Shown piece after piece: positions 51,835 through 63,135 of a stretch of DNA of 64,000 nucleotides (positions are counted from its first letter, which is position 1; the number at the start of each line of letters is the position of its first letter). The notes beneath the pieces were generated by a model. It saw nothing but the letters and a program-made list of their open reading frames with translations. It was not told the origin of the DNA and ran no database searches. The stretch is from Vicugna vicugna. Taxonomy: Eukaryota. The position numbers and the translations under genes were made by a program. The DNA is taken from positions 133,599 through 197,598 of the forward strand of contig MU057930.1 of assembly GCA_013265495.1 (NCBI GenBank), in the 5' to 3' direction.

Positions 51835-51870
51835 CTGCTAAGAAGCAGCGAGACAAACACAGCGTGAGAC
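51835..51870 (-). promoter_or_regulatory. ZBED1: Splice acceptor of the ZBED1 coding exon (tandem TAGCAG)
   Basis: Minus strand reads gtctcacgctgtgtttgtctcgctgcttctTAGCAG|gtcgccccg, 50-53 nt upstream of the ATG, with a pyrimidine-rich tract and a ctcac branch-like motif. Confidence 0.75.
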
Positions 51871-52409
51871 CGGAGCCGGGCTCGGGGGGGAGGAGGGCGC
51901 GGGGGGCCCGGGCGGCGCTGCTGCGGGCCCGAGGGCGCGCGGACAGAAGGGGCCCCGCGGCCGCTGCGCGCGTGCGCACGGGGCTGCTGCGAAGCAGACG
52001 GGAGAGTCGGCCACGTGAGCGCGCTCCTCCATGCAGGCGCCGCCGGTCTGAAGACATGCATCGTTGGTTCTGGTTTCTTGGAAGATCTTGGACTCCTCAC
52101 GACAGCTCTCTGCCCCGCCTCAGCAGTTCTGAATTCTGTTCTAGGAGATCCATTAGCCTGGCACCAACCAAGCAGGCTCATTTCCCAGGGGGAGGCCATG
52201 CGCCCAAGGGCCCCACCCCCAGCCCAAGAAGACCCACCGCCCCATCTGAGACCCCCTGCGTGTGTCACCCACCGCCCACCACCACTTGCTTCTCAAATCA
52301 GAGAAGCAAATACAGGGTCTTAATTTGCTGCGAACAGTCATTCATTCAGTTGGCAGAGAGGCATTACATAAAATTTTTCAAATTTTCTTTTAAAGTGATG
52401 CTTTTCTGA

Positions 52410-53216
52410 ACACGATGAGATATCACCTTACCCCCGTCAGAACGGTTTTCATTGAAAATTTTCATCAAAAAGAACACAAATAACAAATGTTGGCCAGGGT
52501 GTGGAGGAAAGGGAACCCTCCTACACTGCTGGAGGGAATGTAAATTGGTGCAGCCACTGTGGAAAAGTGTGGCGATTCCTTTAAAAGTTAAAAATAAACT
52601 ACCACATGACCCAGCAATCCCACTCCTGGGTACATCTTGGAAAAAGTAAGAAAAACCTCTAACTTGAAAAGACACGTGCACCCCAGTGTTCACAGCAGCA
52701 CTATTTACAATAGCCAAGACATGGAAACAACCTAAATGTCCATCCACAGATGACTGGATAAAGAAGATATGGTATATTTACACAATGGAATATTACTCAG
52801 CCATGAAAAAGAATGAAGTCATGCCATGTGCAGCAGCGTGGATGGCCCTAGAGATGATCATACTAAGTGAAGTAAGCCAGACAAAGACAAATATCACATG
52901 GTATCACTTATATGTGCAATGTGAAATATGATGCAAATGAATATATTTAAAAAGCAGAAACAGACTCACATAGGAAAGAAACATGGTTACCAAAGGGGAA
53001 GAGGGAGTAAGATAGGGGGAGGGGGGTAAGAGGAACAAACTACTATGTATAAAATAAATAAGCTACAAGGATGTATTATGCAGCACACAGGACAGACTCA
53101 ATATTTTATAATAACTGTAAATGGACCATAACCTTTAAAACTTGTGACTCATTACGTTGTACATGTGAAACTTACACAATATTGTACATCAATTATCCTT
53201 CAATAAAAATAAAAAG
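52410..53216 (+). mobile_element. LINE-1 3' end (ORF2 C-terminus plus 3' UTR)
   Basis: ORF remnants [23 protein letters not shown] and [27 protein letters not shown]. Confidence 0.93.
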
Positions 53217-53504
53217 ACGCCTTTTTGAACTGCGGGTGCATGTGGGATCAGGAACCGGGTTGGGACAATAATGGATTTCCCCTTCCCTACAACTTCACCA
53301 AAAGCCCACCGTGGACCCTCACACCTGGGCGCAGAAACACCCATTAGCTGCGAACGCACACAAGAATCCCCAGGCTCTCAGCGGGGAAGTCTGCACAGTC
53401 TAAGGGCCAGCCCCCCGGCTTCCCGCTGTTGGTGACGTCCACCCGTCTGGTCTCTTGAAGCTGCCACTCAGGGCAGCTGAGTCTTCCTAAAAAGTGTCTG
53501 TCTG

Positions 53505-53790
53505 CTCCTCAGACACAGAAGACCAATTTATGGTTACAAAAGGGGAAACAGAGTGGGAGAGAAACAAATTAGGGGCATGGAATGAACAGATACACACAGC
53601 GATACATAAAATAGATAAGCAACCAGGATTTGCTGTGTAGCACGGGAAACTATATTCAGTATCTTGGAATAACCTGTAGTGGAAAGTCATCTGAAAAAAA
53701 TATATAGAAATAAATAACTGAGTCACTTTGCTGGACACCTGAAACTAACACAATAGGGTAAATCAACTGTACGTCAATTTTTTTTAAAAT
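53505..53790 (+). mobile_element. LINE-1 3' UTR fragment
   Basis: ttatggttacaaaagggg.., gctggacacctgaaactaacaca. Confidence 0.8.
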
Positions 53791-53924
53791 TTTTTTAATT
53801 AAAAGAAAAATGGTGTCTGTTAAGTCTGCACCCAGTACAGCACTCTGGGGGTTAAACCACAAACTACAGCAACCAGATAGTTTCTGAGCAGGGAGAGTAT
53901 GTTCAGAGCCAAAACTTGGTAACT

Positions 53925-54345
53925 AGAATGGGTTGCAAAGCACCCCGTCCCAAAACTCATGGTTCTCCCAGAACCTGCCAAGGGGATTGTATTTGGAAAC
54001 AAGGTCTTTGCAGAAGTGATGATGTGAAGGGTCTGAGAGGAGGTCCTCCTGGAGGAGGTGGCCCTGCATCCAAGGACACTGTCCTCATAAGACAAGGACA
54101 GACACAGACACACAGGAGCAGCCACATGGAGATGGAGGCAGAGACGGGAGGGAGGCGGCCACCGGCCCAGGGACGCCTGGAGCCCCCAGAAGCTGGAAGA
54201 GGCAAGGAGCGACCCTCCCCTGGAGCCTCCGGAGGGAGCGTGGCCCTGGGACACCTTGACCTCAGACGTCTGGTCTCTAGGACTAGGGGGAGGGTGGATG
54301 CCTGTAGTTTTACGTACATTGTTTCAGCCGCCCCAGCACTCTGAG
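53925..54345 (+). mobile_element. MaLR (MLT1/MST-like) LTR
   Basis: atttggaaacaaggtctttgcaga, ccagaagctggaagaggcaagga..ctcccctggagcct. Confidence 0.75.
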
Positions 54346-56707
54346 GATGAAGACAAAACTCTTCAAAGATACTGACTGTTCACATCACCCCTAGCGCTGA
54401 GCAGGAGTCTCTGAATGTCCCCAGGTCCTCACTGACAGTCAGGCCCTGCCATGCTGGCTTGAGGTCAACAACGCCTGCCTGGGGCTTTCTGGGGAGAGGT
54501 GGCACCATGGGGCTGATTTACGGCACATGTTGTGGGGGATGGGGGCAAAAGGATGCGGTGCTGTGACCAGCGCCAGCCCAAGAGCTCACAGGTGAGGCCC
54601 GCAGTCTCCAGGACCGGGGCGGATGGCAGGATCCAACACAGCCAGGACCTCCAGAAAGGAGAAACCCCAATACGAGACTTCAGCCAAACGAGGAAGGGAC
54701 ACCTGGATGTGGCCGAGGCACTCAACGAACGTGACAAGAACGGTGCAGCGGGCACCACACCTGAGCTCTGGGATGTGAGCCATTCCAGCAGGTACCACAA
54801 CTGGGATCTGGATTTTGAGTGTCCGTCCTACCTGGACAACACGATTCAGGTTTTGTTTCATCAGATCTTCCTATTCACTGTGATGATGGTGATGAATTCT
54901 TGTTGGCACTTGGCAGGAGGTCCTGGTGCACACATCTGCACACACAAAGCATCCTCAACAAAGAGGCTTCTTAAGGAGGACCTGCCTGCATGGCCTCCAT
55001 CAACTCCTTCAGGCCAGAGAGTGATGTCAGAACCCCCAGGGACCCCTCCCCCAGTAAGGAGGCCACGCACAGTAGGGCGGTTCTGAAAGGATACGTTTAA
55101 GGCAGCTGGGCAGAGCCGCCGGCCACTGTCTTCAGGGCCAGGTGCACAGAGAGCTCTCTGTCCATCAAGGGTCAGGAATCAAGGTTTTGCCCCAGCAGCC
55201 TCCCTCCCCGAAGGGGACCGCTGCCAAGACGATGCCGGGGCTCCGGCAAGATCCTGCCTTTCTGCACATCGGAGAGACTGGCCAGATCTTTGTCTGCTAC
55301 AAACAACACAGGGAACATTGCCACAGATGCAGGGAGAAACAGCAGCATGAAGAACCTTCTACTTCTCAGCGGGTATTTCAAACAGCCACGCCTCTCCTTA
55401 CGGGAGCGTACACATTCCTCTCCCTGATTTTTGTTTGGTTGGATTTTTTGGGTTTGTTTTATTTTTTTTGAGAATATAGTTATTTTTCATTAGGGAAAAA
55501 ACATGTTACTGGGAATTACAGACAAGTGGCTTGCTACTGGTATCTTCACTACATGCGTCAGTATGTTTTCAATTTCTTTTAATTCTGTTTAAATTTCTTA
55601 AATTTAATATAAATTTATGTTTACTTTAAATGTAATTTATTAAGGTCCATATTGATAAGCAAACGTCAGAAAACAAAAGCTTTTGGGGTAAATGGGTCCT
55701 CATTTCTTCTTTTTTTTCTCTTTTTCTTCTTCTTCTTTTTTTTTCTTTTTCCCAAGAGTAAAAAGAGCCTAAGATTACAAAGTTTGAAAACTGCCTAGAA
55801 CCACAGACCCTAACTGTTCTCAGGTACACAAAGAGAATTAACTTTCTCTTTATAAGAGGGTTTTGGTTTTGTTTTGTTTTGTTTTTAAACCACCCTATGG
55901 TTTGGGAACTAGGATGGGACCTAGAATAGTTTTCGGTGGAGGGTCACTGCAAATGTAGAAATCCATCTTCCTCAGCAGAAGGCCTGCCTCCTCTTTGCAA
56001 CAGCATTTTTAGGGGAAATTTCTGCACGGTATGAGAACTGCCCTCTGAAACACACACATTAGATTTCTGTCTCCAAGACTCACTGACGCAGGAGAGAAAT
56101 TTAACCTGTCAGAGGCAATCACAAACAGCCCAGAGAATCTGGGAATCAGGCCGTCTCCCGGCAGTCCTTCCTTGCTCACACGCCGTCTCTATCAAGTCAT
56201 GGCTAGTCTGCCACGATCCTGGCTTTTGATAACGCATCTTAAGAACCAGCACCGTTCAGGAGAGCGTTGCTTTTTTAGCATCTTCCTCTCCCTCTTCCAT
56301 GTGAACTCACGCTCAGTTGATAAAACCAGACAACGCACAATTTCCAAAGTTCTCAGGAAAAAAAAAAAAACCCACTTACTCCCTACCTGAACCAGGTCTG
56401 TTACACTGGCTTCAGTTTACCTCCATGCCCAGGGCAAAGTTCAATGTCTCCTCCTCAAAAGTCCATTCCACTTAGAAGCAAATTTTTATAAATGGGTCAA
56501 AAAGCACAGGGGAAAAAAAAAAACAAAAAACCACAATCCTGGTCAGACGCTCTTTCCTTTTTTCATCCCAGTCTCTCCAGGGCGCACAGGGGTGCTTCCC
56601 AGGGGCCACCGGGGACCATGCCCGGAGTGTGGAAACATAAGCAGACCTTAGGCTACGTGTCTCTCTCCTTGCACCACACAGTAAGGAGACTGGCCACGAG
56701 GTAACAG

Positions 56708-57250
56708 CGCAACAGAGCAGGGCCCCGTGGGGTCCCCCCGGTACAAACCCTTCCCGTTTCTTGTTAGTGGGACATAGACTTCCTTCAGCCTCCTGGACCT
56801 TCCCTGAGTTCCAAAGGACAGAGTCAAAACAGTAGCTAATCAGGGAAGGGAGGGGATGCAGAGAACAAGGGAACAACCTTCAAGAAACAAGAGTGCAGCC
56901 TTGGGGAGGGTCCTGCTTCCCCCTCAAGGCACATCCAGAGCAATGCGGCCGAGTTCTCCTGCAGGAACTAGGCCCCCACCGGGGTGGAGGACGGCGCCTC
57001 CAGGCTGAGCCCAGGATTCCTGGAGCCCCGTCCTGGTGCCTCCCCACCGGCCCATCAGAAGACAAGTCACACCCCTGCAGCCCCCACCCCACATTTTGCC
57101 TATTAGAAATGTCTCCCCCCAAACCATGGGGAGTTTGGGGCCTTTAAGCAAGAGCCACCCCTTCCCCTGGCGGGGTCCTGCCATAAACCTTTCTCGGCTG
57201 CAAACTCCGACATTTCCCTTTGTTGCCCTCACAAACTTTGGCTCCACCAC
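56708..57250 (+). mobile_element. Solo ERV1-type LTR (diverged), broadly similar in layout to the 13013 LTR
   Basis: Starts gcaacagagcagggccccgtgggg (cf. tcaccgagtaggaccttctgggg); shared taatcag.gaag.gag and ccatcagaagac motifs; cataaacctttct polyA-like region. Confidence 0.55.
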
Positions 57251-57384
57251 CACCATCACCACCATACTCACTTCCCTGCATATTGTGTTTCGGAAAATGG
57301 TTATTTTTCACCTAAAAGATGAAATGTCATTTATGCTCCGAGAGCCTAGAGTTAGTCTCATGCCCTGTAAATCACGGCAGAGAG

Positions 57385-58480
57385 AAACACCGCGGTTCCC
57401 CCGCCTTTAGGGCTCGGCACCCCAGTATGGACAGACACAGCTCCCCTACGCCCACCAGCACCCCGGAAGTCCCCAGTCAGTCAGCGAGAAGGACGCCCAC
57501 GGGTCCTGACACCGGGGAGGTCGCGAAGGCCCGAGAAACAAGTGGCCACTGAGCGGCAGCGCCCTCCCCCCNNNNNNNNNNNNNNNNNNNNNNNNNNNNN
57601 NNNNNNNNNNNNNNNNNNNNNNNNNNNNNNNNNNNNNNNNNNNNNNNNNNNNNNNNNNNNNNNNNNNNNNNNNNNNNNNNNNNNNNNNNNNNNNNNNNNN
57701 NNNNNNNNNNNNNNNNNNNNNNNNNNNNNNNNNNNNNNNNNNNNNNNNNNNNNNNNNNNNNNNNNNNNNNNNNNNNNNNNNNNNNNNNNNNNNNNNNNNN
57801 NNNNNNNNNNNNNNNNNNNNNNNNNNNNNNNNNNNNNNNNNNNNNNNNNNNNNNNNNNNNNNNNNNNNNNNNNNNNNNNNNNNNNNNNNNNNNNNNNNNN
57901 NNNNNNNNNNNNNNNNNNNNNNNNNNNNNNNNNNNNNNNNNNNNNNNNNNNNNNNNNNNNNNNNNNNNNNNNNNNNNNNNNNNNNNNNNNNNNNNNNNNN
58001 NNNNNNNNNNNNNNNNNNNNNNNNNNNNNNNNNNNNNNNNNNNNNNNNNNNNNNNNNNNNNNNNNNNNNNNNNNNNNNNNNNNNNNNNNNNNNNNNNNNN
58101 NNNNNNNNNNNNNNNNNNNNNNNNNNNNNNNNNNNNNNNNNNNNNNNNNNNNNNNNNNNNNNNNNNNNNNNNNNNNNNNNNNNNNNNNNNNNNNNNNNNN
58201 NNNNNNNNNNNNNNNNNNNNNNNNNNNNNNNNNNNNNNNNNNNNNNNNNNNNNNNNNNNNNNNNNNNNNNNNNNNNNNNNNNNNNNNNNNNNNNNNNNNN
58301 NNNNNNNNNNNNNNNNNNNNNNNNNNNNNNNNNNNNNNNNNNNNNNNNNNNNNNNNNNNNNNNNNNNNNNNNNCCCCAGGGACCCCCGCCCGGACCGTGC
58401 GCCCCCAGCCCAACCGCGGACCCCAGGGACCCCCGCCCGGAACATGCACCCCCAACCCGAACCGCGGACCCCCGCCGGGA
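57385..58480. promoter_or_regulatory. Probable CpG-island promoter region flanking the gap
   Basis: CpG enrichment, ETS-type CCGGAAGT (57463-57470), TCGCGA (57521-57526) and GC boxes CCCCGCCC right of the gap. Confidence 0.55.
57572..58373. other. Assembly gap (802 N); probable location of DHRSX exon 1 and promoter
   Basis: N run is seen directly. Both flanks are GC/CpG-rich, and I found no DHRSX exon-1-like coding sequence elsewhere upstream of exon 2. The exon-1 assignment is inference. Confidence 0.7.
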
Positions 58481-59460
58481 GCTCAGACCCCAAACCATGA
58501 ACACACATCCGAACTGTAGACCCCCTACTCTGATCATGGACCTCAAGCCAGACTCTGAACCCCCTACCGAGACCGCAGGACCCACCCCCAACCCAGACCC
58601 TGGGACCCCTTCCTAAACCACAGACCCCCAGAGACAGCTCCCCAGACCCCAGAACCACCACCAGGACCATGCACCCCACCCAGATGCCCACCTATGCCAC
58701 AGACCCCTGTTCAGTCCCCAGGACCCCCATCTGGGCTGCAGACCCCTGCCTGTGACTCTACTCTGAACCCCAGCCGGAGTGCAGACCTCAGAAGCCCCCC
58801 TGGACCACGAATTCCCCATTCAGAACATGGGCTCCTGCCTGGCTGCGGGACTCCTGCTCAGACCCCAGTACCCCACCCAGACTTCAGAACCCAGCCCACT
58901 CAGCCAGGACCGTGAACTCCCACCCAGCTTCCTAACTGGGCCATGGAATCCCCACCCACACTTCCACCAGACCCCCCAGAGACCCCTGTGGGGGCCTCCA
59001 CCAGACTCCCACTAGAACCACTGACTCCCACCCATGTCACAGCTTGGACCCCCTACCCCACATCTCCCCACACTTCCCCCCAACCCAGACCCCTACCCAG
59101 ACCTTACAGAAACAGTAAACCTGGAAGCCCCAGACCCCACAAGGACGTTAAGATCCACCAGGACCCTGGACCCCCATCCGCATCTTCCTAACTCTGACAC
59201 TCACCGGGCTCCAGACTAGCACCCCTCATGCACACAGCAGCAGAGAACCCCACCCCAAACCCCCGCCGAGACCGAGGACCAAGGATCTCCATGCCAACCC
59301 CACCAGGCCCCCTGCTCCCGCTAGGAACCAGGATCCCACACTCCACAGCCCTCGGGAACCCTGACCCCAACCTGGACCCTGGGTCTCCCCCCACCTCCAT
59401 AGAAGTGAGCCCACTTGACCTGACTTGGGGGACACCCCCAGCGTGCAGGCTGCACCCTCC
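58374..59460. repeat. C-rich degenerate minisatellite (cccagacccc-like units) starting with a ~47-bp tandem duplication
   Basis: ccccagggacccccgcccgga at 58374 and 58421; many agacccc/ggacccc units; strong C-over-G skew on plus. Confidence 0.7.
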
Positions 59461-60099
59461 ACTCAGGCCACCTGGCGTGGGCTCCTGTGTGGATCTAAGG
59501 TGCTCAGATACAGACCTGCTTGGTGCAGCTCAAGGCTGGGCTGGGAACGGTCCTTCTGGCCTGTGCCCATGAGGAAACGGTGGCCAGGAAGCCTTTCCAG
59601 TATCTCCTGCAAGAGCTTGGTATCCGGCTGTCATGCTTGGCACGGTGCACCCAGGGGTGCCAGGCTTGCTCAGGTGTGCCCAGCAAAGAGCCTCGGGGAA
59701 AGTCACAATAGCTGTCATCCTTCTCCCCACCCTAAAGGACCTCCTGCGAGAGCCCCTGGTGTGTGGGGTGTCTGCATAAAAAAGAAGCAGGTGGAGACCA
59801 GGCAGCAATGGGGGTGTGGACCTGTCCCCGGGTGTTTGTTCTGAAAGAAGCACCTTGCAAAAAAGGGGGGTGCGGTGACAACATGTTATCCCCGGAGCAC
59901 AGCAATTCTAGCGGACGCCTCCTCCCTCTTGGCCAACCTCCTCCACGCATCAGTGTTTTAATGTGTTTTCCGGAGCTGTGAATGCAGGTGCTCAGGGCTT
60001 CACCAGGTAACTTCCATTCATGGTCCCCAAATCACAGAGCCTGGAATTCATTAAAAAGTGAATGCTCTTTTCCATATGCACTTTTTTGCTTTGTTTCTA

Positions 60100-60187
60100 A
60101 TTTTTTGTTTTTTGTTTTTTCATGGAGGGACCAGAGGTTGAGCCCAGGACCTCGGGCTTGCTCCACCATGGAGCTATACCCTCCCCG
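60100..60187 (-). mobile_element. Truncated vic-1-like SINE
   Basis: ttgagcccaggacctc..ctccaccatggagctataccctcccc with an upstream T-rich tail. Confidence 0.65.
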
Positions 60188-60269
60188 CCATATGCATTTG
60201 GCTTCTCTTCCACCTGTAATACATCAGCTGCCCCTCCCCGTAGCAGCCGAAAACAACGCCGATGTCTGA

Positions 60270-60790
60270 CGTCACTGCCCCGTAGGTGAGAAGTCCTGCC
60301 TGTTGGCTCTGTGGGGTCTCCTGCTCAAGGTCTGACAAGGTCACCATCGAGGTGTGAACCCACTGGGTCCCTGTGGCAATGATCTGCAGGTGCCTGTCCG
60401 GAAGCTCATTTAGGCTTCGGCAGAATCTAGTTCTTTCCAGGTGTAGAGCTGAAGCCCCCGCTTCTAGGCTGGAGGTCAGTGCAGGGGCTTGTGCCAGGGG
60501 ACCTCTCAGCTCCTAGAAGCCTCTGTCTGGTCCGAGCTGGTGTCCCCTAAATCCCGCACTCATCACCCCTCCGTTTCCCCCTTCTGCTACATCTCTCTCG
60601 CTCCAGCTGGACGAAGTTCTCTGTTTTTTGAGGGCTCGTGGGATTAGAATGGGCCCACCAGGTTAATCCAGGATCACCTCCCTATTTTAAGGTCCATACC
60701 TTAATTACGTCTGTAGCATCTGTTGTGCTGTATGAAGTCCACGGGGATTCCAGTGTGGGCATCTTTGGGAGGTCTCTTTGGCCTGCTCCA
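60270..60790 (-). mobile_element. MaLR (MLT1-like) LTR
   Basis: ttctctgttttttgagggctcgtgggattagaatgggcccacc..taatccaggat..tattttaaggtc. Confidence 0.65.
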
Positions 60791-61343
60791 GCATGGTTGA
60801 TAAATTCCTGCGTCTTTAAGGATTTCACAACTCCACTACTGAAGGGAGGTTCACCTGGACCGGAAGAGGCAGGGACAGCTCCAGGGGGGACAGGACAGTC
60901 TCCCTGGAAAAGAAAGTCAGACAGAATGGGGCCCCCTAATGGAGGCTAGAGAAGCAGGGTGAGAGCAGCCAACTGGTTGACCCAAAGCCAACACCCTCAT
61001 CAGGTGCACTCCAGACAGCGCAAGGGGCTCAGGTTAATCCTCAGGGCTCCGTTTAACTTCTTTTTTAAAATCGGGGAAAAAGAATACAATGATTAGAAGC
61101 AACCAAAATGTCCATCAACGGGTGACTGGATAAAGAAGTTGTATATTTAAACAGTGGAATACTATTCAGCCATCAAAAAGCATGTTCGTTCATTACAAGT
61201 ATATTTTCCTTTTCGATCTGGAAAGCTTTAACGTTCATACCTGCTATTTCCAGCATCAGGGTCATCGGGGGTGAGTGGATATGGTTTTATTTCACTTGAT
61301 TTTAGATTATATTTTCCTACTTCTTCACGTGTATCATTTGTGA

Positions 61344-61379
<36 letters not shown>

Positions 61380-61919
61380 TGGATATTGTGGTCGGTGTGT
61401 TGTACAGACTCTATGCTCAGTTACCTTTCTCTGAAGAGTCCAGCAAGCTGTTAACTTGGCTAGATGTCAGCTCTAAACCCTGCCTTCCCTGCAGGGAGCA
61501 ACCTTACTATCTCTCTTGTCGGTGAGTAAATCTGCAGAGGTGGTAGCTTCCCCTGGATGATCGGACTGAGGGTGGTCCTCAGCGGAAACACTGCAGTGAT
61601 ACCAAACTTTCATGGTGCGGTGCCTCGTTTTTCCAAGTTCCTTATCCCGGATTTCTGCCTGTTCTGGGGAGTCATTCAGCGGTGCCTTCAGATAGGTTTC
61701 ACTTTAAGCAATTCCACCCAGAGTTCCTGTTGGTCATCTGCAAGTTGTTCAGCCCCGTGGAAGCTGCCTTGCACTTGATGCAAGTTGGAATTGCATACTT
61801 AAGAGGAACTTCCTGCAGTCAAGTTGCTCAGACGAGAACTTGGCTTTTCGGGAATTGAGTCTCAGAAGTTTTCTCTCTTGGAAACACATTCAACGGCGTT
61901 TTAAAATTTTTTTAAGTGT

Positions 61920-62270
61920 TTTTTTTTTTAATTGCAGTACCGTCAGTTTACAATGCTGGTGCACAGCATCATGTTTCACTCACACATACAAATACATTCC
62001 TTTTCATGTTCTTTTTCATTCTAGGTGACTGCAAGATATTGAATGTAGTTCCCTGTGCTGTACAGTAGGACCTTGCTGTTTATGTATTTTATGTATAGTA
62101 GTTGGTATCTGCAAATCTCTAACTTCCAGTTTATCCTTTCCCACCCTCTGTCCCCCATTCTGGTAACCATAAGTTTGTTTTCTATGTCTGTAAGTCTGTT
62201 TCGGCTTTGTAACTAAGTTTATTGGTGTCATTTCTTTTTTTTAGATTCCACATATGAGTGACATCGTCCA
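61920..62270 (-). mobile_element. LINE-1 3' UTR fragment
   Basis: T tail, gttccctgtgctgtacagtagg, ggtaaccataagtttgttttctatgtctg, ttagattccacatatgagtga. Confidence 0.85.
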
Positions 62271-62529
62271 GTGCATTTTATAATATAACTTCACCACGTG
62301 TATGGTGACACCTTTGAGATGAAATGAACAGGGGAAATTCTATAATTATATATTATTAATATAGAGAAGTGTGCTCATTGTTCAAGATTCTCGTGGTTCA
62401 TAGTACATGTTTTCCCCACCCGTGCTACAGAGGAGCATGGCCACCCACTTCTTAAATAAGGACATTGAATCAGAGAAGAGTTCTACCACTTACAAAGCAA
62501 ATTACCCTCTCCTTAAGAAGTGTGGGCAG

Positions 62530-63135
62530 CAAGGAGCGCCTTCCTGGTGGTGCAGGATGGAGAACACGGGGTAGGTGGACCTTCCTGGAGGAGAAATATG
62601 ATAAACACACGGCAGACGAGCCATCACGGTCGACCTCACCTTTGACAAGTCATGTTCATAGTAATCACCCCAATAGGATATGATGAGACACAAAGTGTCC
62701 CTCTGTGGTCTTCCTCCCCCAAAATCCACCCCATCCACCCATGAGAAAACGCCCAGACACATCCCAGTAAGAGGGGCGTCCTACAAAATCCCTGCCCGGA
62801 GCCCTCCCAAACTATCCAGGTCTTCCCAAACCAGGCAAGTCTGAGAAACTTGTCCCAGCCCACAGGAGCCCCCGAAAGATGTGAAGATTAAATGTCGTGG
62901 GGGATCCTGGATGGGGTCTTGAGGTAGAAAAAGTTCATTTGAGGAAATGTGCGTTAACTACGAACCAGTCAGTAATAACAAATCGATGTTGGTTCATTCA
63001 TGGTGACAAACGTGCCACGCTAATGCAACATGTTAATGAAAGGGGAAACTTTGTAACGCCTACAAGACCTCATTGGACTCTCTTTGCAAATTTTCCGTCA
63101 ATCTGGAAGTATTCTAAAACAAACAAACAAAAAAG
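62530..63135 (+). mobile_element. L1MC-like 3' fragment
   Basis: gtggtcttcctccccc aaaatcca, caagtctgagaaact, ggatcctggatgggg, tattctaaaa. Confidence 0.7.

Larger units (their letters stand above)
49530..52050. promoter_or_regulatory. CpG-island-like region covering the whole ZBED1 CDS and its acceptor
   Basis: Very high GC and dense CpG by eye compared with the flanks. Confidence 0.8.

Noticed and set aside
49460..51841. 793-aa plus-strand ORF antisense to ZBED1
   Set aside because: It is the codon-aligned antisense shadow of a CDS with near-total GC3, which removes antisense stops. It has no recognisable domain and starts at a non-ATG codon.
48200..52400. ZBED1 as an autonomous mobile hAT element
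   Set aside because: I saw no terminal inverted repeats or 8-bp TSD. It has a host-type splice acceptor and the same nested position as in human, consistent with ancient domestication.
57446..58691. Long ORFs of 324-404 aa
   Set aside because: Artefacts of reading through the N gap.
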